Source of the DNA: Nitrosopumilus sp.
GTDB lineage: Archaea > Thermoproteota > Nitrososphaeria > Nitrososphaerales > Nitrosopumilaceae
DNA: 64,000 nucleotides
NCBI GenBank assembly: GCA_965224195.1
Contig: OZ245040.1
Location: 32,001-96,000, forward strand
Reading direction: 5' to 3'
The notes beneath the pieces were generated by a model. The model searched no databases, was not told the DNA's origin, and saw only the letters and a program-made list of their open reading frames with translations. Position 1 is the stretch's first letter, and every line of letters starts with the position of its first letter. Of the stretch, positions 18,579-28,972 are shown in pieces. The translations under genes and the position numbers were made by a program.

Positions 18579-18748
18579 TTTCTAGATCTAGTTCGAAGCT
18601 TTGCATGACAACATGGACATCTTATTTCTATAGTTTCTACAAACAAAGAACAATTTGTACATCTCTTGTAACCTGAAGAATATTTTAATCTGTTAGCTAT
18701 TTTTTCTCCAGTGTATCTTATACAGATTCCTTTACAAACTTGTCCCAT
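18575..18748 (-). CDS. Small Cys-rich zinc-finger protein (57 aa)
   Basis: Read by hand: MGQVCKGICIRY...YKRCTNC...RCPCCHAKLRTRSRN. Confidence 0.75.
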   Translation of the reverse strand: MGQVCKGICIRYTGEKIANRLKYSSGYKRCTNCSLFVETIEIRCPCCHAKLRTRSRN

Positions 18749-18992
18749 AATAGTAACATAACAGCAAAGAAGTTAAGTTGTATAGTAACCAAAAGGAAAG
18801 TTGATTTTCATTATTTCACTTTCTACTATAAATATACTATTAGTATCTACTTACATTAGGTAAGTTAGATGAGAATGACAACAAAAAACAACTACAAAAG
18901 AACATATACTTTTAACTATGTTCTAAAAAACTTCACGCCTATACCCCCAAGCAATGTCACCCTCACTCTAACCTTACTCCAAAGACCAGGAG

Positions 18993-19349
18993 GTGAAATG
19001 TATGGAATGTAACGGATCACAATGCTCAACTTCAGGCACAAATTCAAGCAGTTGTGAATCTGACTCTTGTTGTGATGGAGGCTGTGAATGCCCCTCCTGC
19101 TCAGGTCAGGATATGCTAAAATTTGCAGAAATCATGTGGCATAAAGCTGCTATGACTGCAATGTTTGAAGTCAAAAAAGACAAAATAAAATCAAGACTAG
19201 AAAAGTCATTTGGACCAACACTCGACAAGGGTGCAGATGCAGTAGTTGAAGCAATCGGTAAGAAAATTAAATCTGCTGTTCAAAGTTCAAAATCAGAACA
19301 AGAATTACGAAATAAGTTGTCTTCAATATTAAGTGAAGCAACAAACTAG
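18993..19349 (+). CDS. Hypothetical protein with a metallothionein-like Cys-rich N-terminus
   Basis: Nine Cys in the first 35 residues, then a helical domain; GGAGG SD before the GTG. Confidence 0.7.
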   Translation: MKCMECNGSQCSTSGTNSSSCESDSCCDGGCECPSCSGQDMLKFAEIMWHKAAMTAMFEVKKDKIKSRLEKSFGPTLDKGADAVVEAIGKKIKSAVQSSKSEQELRNKLSSILSEATN

Positions 19350-19421
19350 AATTTTTTTTTAAAAGCTAGTTTTTTTTATTTTTTTCAAATAAATAAATAT
19401 AGAGATTTGATCATGATTGGT

Positions 19422-20027
19422 ATGAATACACTTGATGCAATTAAAGAACGCCGTTCTGTAAAACATTATGATACTAATCACAAAATTACAGATGATGAAA
19501 TAAACCAATTAATGTCATTAGCAGTTTTATCTCCAACTTCATTTAACATGCAAAATTGGAGATTTGTTCTAGTAAAAGATCCTGAAATTAGAAAACAAGT
19601 TCGTGCAGCAGCATGGGACCAAGCTCAAGTAACTGATTCATCATTATTCATCATAGTTTGTGCTGATTTGAAAGCATGGAAAAATAATCCTGAACAATAT
19701 TGGGTAAATGCTCCAAAAGAGGCCCAAGATTTCTTGGTACCAGCAATGGCACCATTTTACGAAAGTAAAGACGAATTGCAAAGAGATGAGGCAATGCGCT
19801 CTTGTGGAATTGCAGCTCAAACAATAATGCTTGCTGCAAAATCAATGGGATATGATTCAAATCCAATGATAGGTTTTGATCCTCAAAAAGTGGCAGAAAT
19901 TATCAAATTACCAGATAACCATGTAATCTCTATGTTTATTGCAATTGGAAAGCAAACAAAACCTGCAATGCCTAGAGGTGGACAGCTTTCACTAGACAAA
20001 ATAGTTTTTACTGACAAATTTTCATAG
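19422..20027 (+). CDS. Nitroreductase-family protein
   Basis: RRSVKHY, SPTSFNMQNWRF, GYDSNPMIGFD. Confidence 0.9.
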   Translation: MNTLDAIKERRSVKHYDTNHKITDDEINQLMSLAVLSPTSFNMQNWRFVLVKDPEIRKQVRAAAWDQAQVTDSSLFIIVCADLKAWKNNPEQYWVNAPKEAQDFLVPAMAPFYESKDELQRDEAMRSCGIAAQTIMLAAKSMGYDSNPMIGFDPQKVAEIIKLPDNHVISMFIAIGKQTKPAMPRGGQLSLDKIVFTDKFS

Positions 20028-20037
20028 TGAATTCTAA

Positions 20038-20694
20038 TTGAAAAGTATTCAATCACTAAACAAAAAAATTACAAAATGTAAAAAGTGTCCAAGACTATCT
20101 GTATACATTAGAGATGTTGCAAAAAACAAGGTAAGAAGATTCAAAGACCAAAAATATTATGGTAAACCATTATCAGGATTTGGAGACATTAACGCTAAAT
20201 TATTAATTGTTGGATTGGCACCAGCAGCTCATGGTGGAACTAGAACAGGAAGAATGTTTACAGGTGATTCATCAGGGGATTGGTTATTCAAAGTAATGCA
20301 CAAATATGGATTTGCATCAATTCCAACTAGTCAAACTGCAAATGATGGAATGATATTAGATAACGCATACATTACTGCAGCAGTGAGATGTGCTCCACCT
20401 CAAAACAAACCAACACGTGAAGAGATGGAGACATGTTTTGATTTTTTGCAACAAGAAAAAGAAATTTTAAAAAATATTACGGTGATTCTTTGCCTTGGCA
20501 AAATTGGATATGCTGCTGCATGCAAACTCTACAGTGTTAAACCAGAAAAATTTGGACATAACAAACTATTCTCATATGAAAAATTTAAAATTCTAACATC
20601 TTACCATCCATCAAGACAAAATACACAGACAGGTAGACTAACCTGGAGTCAGTGGTCTGCAGTTTTTGCAAAAGCAAAAAAGTTAACAAAATAG
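20038..20694 (+). CDS. Uracil-DNA glycosylase, family 5 (UdgB-type)
   Basis: CKKCPRL, GLAPAAHGGTRTGRMFTGD, RCAPP, YHPSRQN. Confidence 0.92.
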   Translation: MKSIQSLNKKITKCKKCPRLSVYIRDVAKNKVRRFKDQKYYGKPLSGFGDINAKLLIVGLAPAAHGGTRTGRMFTGDSSGDWLFKVMHKYGFASIPTSQTANDGMILDNAYITAAVRCAPPQNKPTREEMETCFDFLQQEKEILKNITVILCLGKIGYAAACKLYSVKPEKFGHNKLFSYEKFKILTSYHPSRQNTQTGRLTWSQWSAVFAKAKKLTK

Positions 20695-21063
20695 AAGACA
20701 GAGGTTTTCTGCGGGTTATCCTTTACAAATCAAGCAGTAAGCGTTGACATGTAACACGACAATAGGACATTGTATTTTAAATATCCCTATGTTCTGTCTT
20801 CAGTAATAATAGGTGTTATTGAATAATAAAGCAGATCACAAGAATTATGTAAATTTGTATATATTTTAGTATATTTTTAAATGGATTTTAAGAAATAATC
20901 CAGTACTCTTTAAATTTCATTTTGCCATACTATAACTGACGAGGACTATCATACCGGCTGAAATTCGAAGAGTAAACTTTGAGGAAGTTGGCAGATAGAA
21001 AAAGGAAAACACGAAAAGGATAGAAGTATCTAAAATTCGTGATTTTCCACTAGGCCTCGTTTC

Positions 21064-21748
21064 CTATTTCGTTTTTAATTCTAAACAAATGAATATACAA
21101 ATTGCATTCCATCAAAGATTGCATTTCTTATAGAGTTTGCCAAATTTACAATTACATTCATCTGTTCTCGAATTATCATATTTTTGTTATCTAGTTTACC
21201 CTCCAAGGCAACAATTCTTTTCTCCAAGGAATAGATTCTATCAACATCATATTGTGAATTATTTATTAATTCATCAAAAAAATTGTTCTTTATAGGAACA
21301 TCTACTAGAATGGTGTCTAATTTATCTAATAATATTTTTTTTCTGTCGTCTCCATCATATGTCCATAAGGATCATTGTATAATGTGATGCAGCTTTGTAC
21401 CATCTGAGCATTTTTTTGAAGCTTAAAGGTTGCCTCATTTAGGAATTTGAATTGAGGATACCAATTTTCACATTTTTATAAATTCTGTAGTTTTATTTTC
21501 ATTTCATCTTGATCTTCGTGTGTTAATACAGTTATAGCATATATTTTTCGTATTTCAGATGAGCAATTTCTTTTTTGGACAGTTTTTGATGCTACAGTTA
21601 AAGAATCGTCTTTAGAAATTTTATCTTCACATTCTATAATTTCTGCTCTAATTTTTTCATCATTCTCATCTAAATGAGTATTTTGAGCAAAAGCAGGTAT
21701 TATTGATACAGTAAAGAGAAACATCATCAATATGGCTAGTTTTCTCAT
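21064..21748 (-). pseudogene. Decayed secreted hypothetical protein
   Basis: Signal peptide MRKLAIL...AFA. A stop at 21476 is followed in frame by KCENWYPQF..., with further frameshifts downstream. Confidence 0.55.
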
Positions 21749-21940
21749 AGTTTGGATCAAACTGTGCTTTGCATATAACCAGCACGTAGAATTCATCAGT
21801 ATGATCTAAATACTAAATTCATAATATCATATTCAGTTGGAGCTCTCACCAAACAACTAATCGTTGCTGGTCTTAAGTTCCAATTATTTTTATAATCAGT
21901 TAGCCTTAATTGTAAAACCAAGATCAATGTATCAAATACA

Positions 21941-22732
21941 ATGAATATCAAAATTGGTTGTACCGGCTGGAGCTATCAAGGGTGGTCCGGTACATTTTAT
22001 CCTAGAAATCTAAAGAGTTCAGAATGGCTCAAATATTATTCTCAACTTTTTGAGATTACAGAGATAAATTCAACATTTTACAGAATTCCTGCACAAGAAA
22101 TTGTTCGACGATGGAATACAGATACACCTAGACATTTTAGATTTACAGCAAAATTTCCCTCAATCATTACGCATGAAAAGAGACTAGATAGAGTAAATTC
22201 AAAAGTATTTTCATTTTTGGCATCTCTGGCTCCAATTCATGAAAAAATTTTAGCGTTGGTTTTGCAGCTCCCGCCATCATTGACATTTGAAGAGGCAAAA
22301 CCAAGACTCGAGGAATTATTTGAACTGCTTCCAGATAATTTCCTATACCCGATAGAAGGAAGACATGAATCATGGTTTACAGATGAGGCCATAACTTACC
22401 TCAAGCAAAACAATCACTGCCTTGTATGGAATGACATTGCAGGAGTGAATAATCCAATGCCCATAACATCAAACTATCTTTATATCCGATTAATCGGAGA
22501 CCGCTCAATCCTAGATTCTGAATTTGGGAAAATTTCTAAAAATAAAGAAGATTTGATAGTAAATTGGGCAAGAAAGCTTGAAGAAATTAAAGATATTCCA
22601 AATGCAATGGTGATGTCAAACAATCACTTTGAAGGGTTTGGTCCTGCAACAGCAAATTCATTGAGAATGCAGCTTGGAATGCGAGAATTGATTTGGGATG
22701 AAAAGAAACAGAAGACTTTGGGTAGCTTTTAG
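21941..22732 (+). CDS. DUF72-domain protein
   Basis: IGCTGWSY, EINSTFY, LQLPPS, EGRHESW, YIRLIG, NNHFEG. Confidence 0.92.
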   Translation: MNIKIGCTGWSYQGWSGTFYPRNLKSSEWLKYYSQLFEITEINSTFYRIPAQEIVRRWNTDTPRHFRFTAKFPSIITHEKRLDRVNSKVFSFLASLAPIHEKILALVLQLPPSLTFEEAKPRLEELFELLPDNFLYPIEGRHESWFTDEAITYLKQNNHCLVWNDIAGVNNPMPITSNYLYIRLIGDRSILDSEFGKISKNKEDLIVNWARKLEEIKDIPNAMVMSNNHFEGFGPATANSLRMQLGMRELIWDEKKQKTLGSF

Positions 22733-22751
22733 AAACAAAGATTATGAATAA

Positions 22752-23294
22752 TTAAGGTAAGGGAGTACTTGGACCAAGACCAATTGCTTCACTAAAATAA
22801 TATCCAGCTAAAATTGTTGCAGAAGACCAAACACAAGAACCTGCAAATGTGTATAATACAAACTTTGGAATTTTCATTTTTAGTAATCCAGCAGGAACTG
22901 AAATCATTTCTCTCATCACTGGAATCATTCTCCCTAGAAATACTGCCTTGTCACCATATTTTTCAAACCAAATTTCAACACGTGCCAATTTTTTTTCATT
23001 TACTTTCACATATTTCAAATATTTCAATAAAACAACACGTCCTAGTTTTAATGCAATAAAATAGATTGCCGATGTTCCAATTGTTGCACCAATTGCACCA
23101 AGAATGATCATTGGGATTAAACCAAGTATAGTAATTCCTTGCTGGGATGCTAGAAATCCAGCAGTTGGAAATATTGCCAAAGTAGGAATTGGTGGAATTA
23201 TAGTTTCAAGTAATGCTGCTAGGAAAATTCCTTCATAGAGATGATCTCCTAGAAATTCTGCAATCCATGTCAAAAAAGAATCAAAAGGTTCCAT
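22752..23294 (-). CDS. DedA-family membrane protein
   Basis: LETIIPPIP, FEKYG, GRMIPVMREMISVPAG. Confidence 0.92.
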   Translation of the reverse strand: MEPFDSFLTWIAEFLGDHLYEGIFLAALLETIIPPIPTLAIFPTAGFLASQQGITILGLIPMIILGAIGATIGTSAIYFIALKLGRVVLLKYLKYVKVNEKKLARVEIWFEKYGDKAVFLGRMIPVMREMISVPAGLLKMKIPKFVLYTFAGSCVWSSATILAGYYFSEAIGLGPSTPLP

Positions 23295-23361
23295 TTGCTT
23301 CTGGCAATGAAATCTTACTAAATTACCTTACGAGTAATGATTTCAGGCATATTTTGTGCCT

Positions 23362-23381
23362 AAAGATTGGGGTCTAAACTG
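23362..23381 (+). promoter_or_regulatory. Candidate regulator site upstream of the DM13 gene
   Basis: aaagattggggtctaaactg, 18/20 identical to 24850-24869; starts 56 nt before the ATG. Confidence 0.55.
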
Positions 23382-23417
23382 AAAATCCGCTATATACCAA
23401 AAACTTGTGATTTAATC

Positions 23418-24063
23418 ATGAAACTAGTAGCAATAATTGGAATTCTGGTAATTATAGTTGGTGCAATTTCAGTATTTGCAATATCACCATACTTTACAGA
23501 ATCAACTATTGATGAAGCAATTCCAACTAGTGCATTAGTTCAATCAAAGATGGATAACAAAGACACCATGATAACAGAACAGGATAATACTATGGAAGAA
23601 GAAATGATGAAGGATAATACTATGATGGAAGAAGAAATGATGAAGGATAATACTATGATGGAAGAAGAAATGATGATACTATGATGGAAGAAGAAATGAT
23701 GATACTATGATGGAAGAAGAAATGATGGAATCTATTCCAATGTCATATGCAGGAGCATTTGTAGGAGTTGGTGATGGAGTTCATGATGCTCAAGGAGATG
23801 CATATACCATACCATTAGAAGATACTAGCAATGTACTAAGACTAGAGAATTTTAAATCAACTAATGGTCCTGACTTGTATGTTTACTTGTCAACTGATGA
23901 GAACGCATCAGATTTTGTTAATTTAGGAGCACTAAAAGCAAGTAGTGGAAATCAGAATTATGAGATTCCAGATGACACTGATTTGAGTAAATACAACAAA
24001 GTTTTGATTTGGTGTAAAGCATTTGGTGTTTTGTTTGGTAGTGCAGAATTATCTACTCAATAA
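23418..24063 (+). pseudogene. DM13-domain protein with a Met/Glu repeat linker, frameshifted within the repeats
   Basis: N-terminal TM, then KDNTMMEEEMM repeats. DM13 motifs (HDAQG, LRLENF, NGPDLYVYL, GNQNY, VLIWCKAF) are in a different frame. Confidence 0.85.
23581..23727 (+). repeat. Tandem repeat array of 30/33-bp units followed by two 26-bp units
   Basis: aaggataatactatgatggaagaagaaatgatg units, then atactatgatggaagaagaaatgatg x2. Confidence 0.9.
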
Positions 24064-24199
24064 GACTAAAAATCTTCAAAAGGAATTTTTTATAACCAGT
24101 ACTAATTCTGAAAAGTCAGTGTTAACTACAACAATTACCTTACCGATATTTTCATTTTCAAGTTTGATTCCAAGAGGATTATTTTCTTTTTCAGGTACA

Positions 24200-24511
24200 A
24201 ATGATGGTCAACCAAACCTAAATCCCAGATTCAAAATGATACTTTGGTCAATCATTGCAGGCACGAGAGGAGGCGTAAACAGAGCAAAAATTCTCAATTT
24301 AGTCAAAGATACACCAATGAATGCAAACAAGATTGCTACAGTATTGAATTTAGATCATAAAACAGTAATTCATCATGTTAAAATTCTTGCAAAAAATCAG
24401 CTTGTAACTAAAGCTGAAAAAGACTATGGTGCAGAGTATCAATTAACACAAATTATGAAAGAGAATCAAAGTGCTTTAGAGGAGATAATGTTAAAAATTG
24501 GAACAAAGTAA
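24200..24511 (+). CDS. ArsR-like winged-HTH regulator (start uncertain)
   Basis: LWSIIAGTRGGVNRAKIL, PMNANKIATVLNLDHKTVIHHVKIL; paralogue of 48242..48544. Confidence 0.8.
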   Translation, partial: NDGQPNLNPRFKMILWSIIAGTRGGVNRAKILNLVKDTPMNANKIATVLNLDHKTVIHHVKILAKNQLVTKAEKDYGAEYQLTQIMKENQSALEEIMLKIGTK

Positions 24512-24538
24512 ATTAACAAATCATAGGGGTATAACACA

Positions 24539-24841
24539 TTGGTAGACTTTATGCTAGCAGCAGTTGTATCTGCATTTCTTAACATTGGATTATTACTAGT
24601 TGTAATTGTAACTTATGTTCAAAACATGAGAGTAATCAGATCATACTATACATCAGGTTTGGTACTAGTTGCAGCACTCTTAATGATTCAAAATATAGTG
24701 ATTGTACTGTTTTGGTCTACACTATACATGGATGACAAAGCATTGATGATGTCAGCTGATATGGTATCTCACTATTTGTTTGCAATTAATGTAATTCAAA
24801 CAATAGGATTAGTAATTCTTGTTTGGATTACCAGAAGATAA
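24539..24841 (+). CDS. Three-TM membrane partner of the wHTH regulator
   Basis: Three hydrophobic helices; same pairing as 47932..48216. Confidence 0.75.
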   Translation: MVDFMLAAVVSAFLNIGLLLVVIVTYVQNMRVIRSYYTSGLVLVAALLMIQNIVIVLFWSTLYMDDKALMMSADMVSHYLFAINVIQTIGLVILVWITRR

Positions 24842-24849
24842 TTACAAAA

Positions 24850-24869
24850 AAAGATTGGGGTCCAAAGTG
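24850..24869 (+). promoter_or_regulatory. Candidate regulator site upstream of the spondin-domain gene
   Basis: aaagattggggtccaaagtg; starts 59 nt before the ATG; near copy at 23362. Confidence 0.55.
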
Positions 24870-24908
24870 GGCAAATCCTTAAGGTGATTTTTCAGAATCA
24901 CTAGTTTA

Positions 24909-25645
24909 ATGAAAACAAAACAGACAAGTGTTTTTGCCATAACTGCAATAGTTGCAATGTTAGCTGTTGTAAGCATAGCAGGAATACCTGAATCTAATGC
25001 AACAAAGTCACAGATGTATGAGGTTACAATAACAAATCTCACACCAGGACAACCAATTACTCCACCTCTGCTAGTAACTCATTCTGTAAATGCAGGATTT
25101 TTTAGCATAAGAGAGATGGTAAGTGATAATGTTCAGCAACTAGCTGAGAATGGAAATTCAGAACCACTCGTTAAAATGTTACAAGGGAAATCAGGCATTT
25201 TGAGTATTGTTCAAGGTGAAACACCTCTAGTTCCAGCAAATGATCCTGGAAATACGGGTTAAGTCATTCAGAGACATTTATCGTATCCTCTGAAGGTAAC
25301 ATGAGATATCTGTCCTTTGCAAGCATGTTGGTTTGTACAAATGATGGTTTTGCAGGAATAGACTCTGTAAAACTTCCATTCTATAAACAAAAAACAGTTT
25401 ACGCAACGGCATATGATGCAAGAACTGAAATGAATACAGAAGACTTTACAGATATTGTTCCTCCTTACCAAGGTGCAATTGGTATTTCTTCAGACGATGA
25501 AGGAACCGGTGCAAGCAATGATGCAATTTCAGAAGATGGAGTAATTATCCCACATACAGGAATTATGGGAGGAGATGATTTACTTGAAAGTGTTCATACA
25601 TGGGGTAACCCAGTTGTCAAAATTGACATTGTACGAATGAAGTAA
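24909..25645 (+). pseudogene. Secreted spondin_N-domain protein with a 1-bp frameshift
   Basis: YEVTITNLTPGQPITP, LAENG, SMLVCTNDGF, YDARTEMN. One extra T near 25260 would join the two ORFs (GNTGLSHSETF...). Confidence 0.8.
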
Positions 25646-25677
25646 CCTCCAACGAAAGTTGGAATTTTTTTATTTTT

Positions 25678-26628
25678 TTATGGTTTTAAAAATACCTTCA
25701 ATGTATCAGGTTTTTTTGCATGCTCTAGTGCTTCTGAAAATTTCTCCAAAGGATATGTAGAATCAATCATAGAATCTACTGAAACAATTCCTGAAGACAA
25801 GGCATCAATTGCAGGTTTGAATAATCCACAACGAGAGCCAATCAAAGTAATCTCATTGACCACAGTTGGAGTCAAGTCAAGATTCTCCCTTGATGCAATA
25901 GTCGATTTTAGAATTACAGTTCCACGAGGTTTTATCAATTTCATAGTGTCTGCAAATCCAGAATTACTTCCAGTAGCTTCTACTACCAGATCAAATGACT
26001 GTTCATCAGATGATTCAATACCGATTTTTATTTTGACTCCAATGTTTATTAGACTCTCAAGTTTACTTTTGTGCCTTCCAAAACATGTAATATTTGAGCA
26101 TGTTAGTTTCAGAATTTGAATAATTAACTGAGCTAATCTCCCATCACCAACCACGGCAACACTCCATTGTGGTTGTAATGTTACTTGTTCTTTAATCTCA
26201 AAAGCAGCAGCTAATGGTTCAACAAATACTGCTTGCTCATCTGTTATACTATCAGGAATAACGTGTAGGTTTTTTTCAGGTAATGAAAGAAATTCTGCAA
26301 ATGCACCATCTCGTTTTAAAATTCCAAGAACTGTTCGATTAGGACAATGTCTATCCATTCCTTTCTCACAAAAATCACATACACCACATCCTGCATTAAT
26401 CTCACCTACAACTCGTTTACCAATTAATTTAGGGTTTTCAGATTTTTCTACGGTTCCAACAAACTCATGACCTAATATTCCATCATACGCCATGTATCCA
26501 TCTAAAATTTCCAAATCAGTTCCACAAATTCCAGCTAAATCGACTCTAACCAACACCTCACCAGGTTTTGGATCAGGATAGTTATCATCATAGTTCATGT
26601 TTTTCCCATCAAAACATGTAGCCTTCAT
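25678..26628 (-). CDS. Zinc-dependent alcohol dehydrogenase (MDR family)
   Basis: GICGTD, GHEFVG, CGVCDFCEKGMDRHC, GDGRLA. Confidence 0.92.
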   Translation of the reverse strand: MKATCFDGKNMNYDDNYPDPKPGEVLVRVDLAGICGTDLEILDGYMAYDGILGHEFVGTVEKSENPKLIGKRVVGEINAGCGVCDFCEKGMDRHCPNRTVLGILKRDGAFAEFLSLPEKNLHVIPDSITDEQAVFVEPLAAAFEIKEQVTLQPQWSVAVVGDGRLAQLIIQILKLTCSNITCFGRHKSKLESLINIGVKIKIGIESSDEQSFDLVVEATGSNSGFADTMKLIKPRGTVILKSTIASRENLDLTPTVVNEITLIGSRCGLFKPAIDALSSGIVSVDSMIDSTYPLEKFSEALEHAKKPDTLKVFLKP

Positions 26629-26719
26629 GAAAAGGATAGCATTATGTTCTAATTTTAAAATATTGAATTATTCAAAAGGAAAAGCTCATTTTTAAATAAT
26701 TTAGTTTTATGAAAAATGT

Positions 26720-27084
26720 ATGCCAAGAATTTCATGGTTTGATGTTCCAGTTGATAATCCAGAAAGAGCACAAAAGTTCTACAGTGATGTGTTTGACTGG
26801 AAATTTGAGAAATGGGATGGACCAATGGATTATTGGATGGCAAAAACTGGAACCGAAGAGCCAGGAATTGATGGAGGAATGTCAAAAAAAATGCCAGGTC
26901 AAATGGGAATGACAAATACGATTACTGTTCCATCAGTGGATGAATTTGCAAAGAAAATCACCGAAAACGGAGGACATTTGCTTATTCCAAAAATGGCAAT
27001 TCTAAAAATAGGATGGTTTGCTCAATGTACAGATACAGAAGGGATATGTTTGGCATCATAGAAATGGATGAAAAAGCAGAGTAA
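26720..27084 (+). pseudogene. VOC/glyoxalase-family protein with a frameshift near the 3' end
   Basis: WFDVPVDNPERAQKFYSDVFDW. The canonical DTEGN-MFGIIE ending appears only if one base is added near 27043. Confidence 0.75.
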
Positions 27085-27125
27085 TACCACCTAAATTAAT
27101 AATCAGAAAGATTACAAATTTTCAA

Positions 27126-27542
27126 TTGAGTTACAAGTTTTTAGATCATGCAACTGATGCCATTATAGAGGTTACAGCTAAAGATCTAAAAGAAGCATTT
27201 TCAGTAGCAGCAGATGCAGAAATCAATCTAACATTAGATCAAGATAAAATAGAAGAGAAAAGCCAAAAACAATTCTCTGCCAATGGAAAAGATTTACGTT
27301 ATCTTTTGTTTAGTTGGCTAGAAGAAATACCATTTGTCCTAATCACAGAAGGGTTTGCAATTAAAAGAATAGAATTTGATATTGAAGAAAAGGATGGATA
27401 TAAAATCAATGCTACAGCTTATGGAGAACCATTAGATGTAAAAAAACATAATTTCAAAGTTGAGATAAAGGCACCCACATTTTATGAAATGGAGATTAAT
27501 CAAAATGACGGAGTATATATGAAATTCTTGCTTGATCTATAG
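27126..27542 (+). CDS. Archease
   Basis: YKFLDHATD, EIKAPTF, LLDL C-terminus. Confidence 0.92.
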   Translation: MSYKFLDHATDAIIEVTAKDLKEAFSVAADAEINLTLDQDKIEEKSQKQFSANGKDLRYLLFSWLEEIPFVLITEGFAIKRIEFDIEEKDGYKINATAYGEPLDVKKHNFKVEIKAPTFYEMEINQNDGVYMKFLLDL

Positions 27543-27621
27543 GAAGGGTGAAATATTATTCTCAAATCTATAGAACAAATTAGTCGTATTTTTTAAAAGC
27601 CAAAGTCACAAAATTATAATT

Positions 27622-28734
27622 ATGAAAACGCAGATAGGGATTTTGGCAGTATTTTCATTATTTTTCCTAATGTTTTCTCCAGCTTATGCTGTTGTTACTT
27701 CAATGACTCTAGAAAAGAGCTTTTACGTTGATGAAGAAAATATGGTATTTGTTGGAACTCAAAATGGTACAGAAGTTATTTTTGTCATAATTCGTGATAG
27801 TAGAGGAAACTTTGAGGGAATGCTATCAGATCCAACTCCTCAACAAGGAGAGTTTTCAGTAATTCCAAGACCAGTATCAAGTTTCTTCAAGAGTGAAGGA
27901 ATCTATAATGCAACTGGATTTGTAGATGCACAACAAGAAAAAGATGGTTTTACAATCAAATTAGAATATGATGGAAATAAAGTGTTTATTGTTCCAGATG
28001 CAATTTTACAATTAAATTCAATTTCAGATAAAATTGTTGAAGTAGAAAAAACAATTACATTTACTGCTAGTATTAGTGATGGTTCAATTAAAAACCCAAT
28101 TTTTAGTTTAAAGAATGAACCAACAGGTGCAACAATTAATTCAAACACTGGGAAATTTATCTGGACTCCATCTAAATCACAAGGCAATATCCAAGATGTA
28201 ATTTACAATTTTGATATCATTGTAACACATGGAAGTCAAGAAGACAAGGAATCAATCAAAATTACATTAAAACAAGCTTATGTTGAACCAGTAAATGAAC
28301 CAAAACAAACTACTCCTGAACCGCTACAAATACCAGCATCGTTTGTAGATGAAACTAAAGATCCACAAAGCTATGTTGATAGATATACCAATGAATCTAG
28401 TTACAAGAAATGGTTTGATGATAACTTTGCAGAGTATGATTCAATTTACCAAGCAGTAGGATTAGAACAGCCACTACAAATACCAGCATCGTTTGTAGAT
28501 GAAACTAAAGATCCACAAAGCTATGTTGATAGATATACCAATGAATCTAGTTACAAGAAATGGTTTGATGATAACTTTGCAGAGTATGATTCTATTTACC
28601 AAGCAGTAGGATTAGAACAGCCAAAGGTAGAAGAGAAGAAATTTGGTATTTGTGGTCCTGGAACAAAATTAATTGATAATGTTTGTACAATTGTAGAAAG
28701 ACCTGTAGTAAAGCCATGGTGGCAATTTTGGTAA
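27622..28734 (+). CDS. Secreted protein with an Ig/cadherin-like domain and a duplicated 50-aa repeat
   Basis: Signal peptide, PTGATINSNTGKFIWTP, IPASFVDETKDPQSYVDRY...AVGL x2, PWWQFW tail. Confidence 0.8.
   Translation: MKTQIGILAVFSLFFLMFSPAYAVVTSMTLEKSFYVDEENMVFVGTQNGTEVIFVIIRDSRGNFEGMLSDPTPQQGEFSVIPRPVSSFFKSEGIYNATGFVDAQQEKDGFTIKLEYDGNKVFIVPDAILQLNSISDKIVEVEKTITFTASISDGSIKNPIFSLKNEPTGATINSNTGKFIWTPSKSQGNIQDVIYNFDIIVTHGSQEDKESIKITLKQAYVEPVNEPKQTTPEPLQIPASFVDETKDPQSYVDRYTNESSYKKWFDDNFAEYDSIYQAVGLEQPLQIPASFVDETKDPQSYVDRYTNESSYKKWFDDNFAEYDSIYQAVGLEQPKVEEKKFGICGPGTKLIDNVCTIVERPVVKPWWQFW
28321..28623 (+). repeat. 150-bp tandem duplication
   Basis: Near-identical units starting at 28321 and 28471. 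Confidence 0.92.
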
Positions 28735-28781
28735 TAAATTAAAAGCTAAGTTTTAATCACAATAGTTTTTTTCAGTAAACA

Positions 28782-28928
28782 ATGGGTAAACTAGCAAGAA
28801 ATCTTAGAATTTGTGGAGAATGTGGAATTGCATATACTTCTGTTAGTTTTACCAAATACATTGATCAGTGCCCAATTTGTAAATCTAGAAGATTTGAGGC
28901 AATTCCAATAAAAATAGAAGACGATTAG
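28782..28928 (+). CDS. Small zinc-ribbon protein (48 aa)
   Basis: Read by hand: MGKLARNLRICGECG...CPICKSRRFEAIPIKIEDD. Confidence 0.7.
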   Translation: MGKLARNLRICGECGIAYTSVSFTKYIDQCPICKSRRFEAIPIKIEDD

Positions 28929-28972
28929 TTTTTCAGCATAGATTTTTTAGTAGAACAGATTTTTGATACATA

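Noticed and set aside
20930-21000. Hammerhead-like CTGACGAG...GAAA core in an intergenic region
   Set aside because: Stems I and II do not pair convincingly; a chance match or decayed small ORF is more likely.
23581-23727. CRISPR array
   Set aside because: Head-to-tail coding repeats with no unique spacers and no cas genes.
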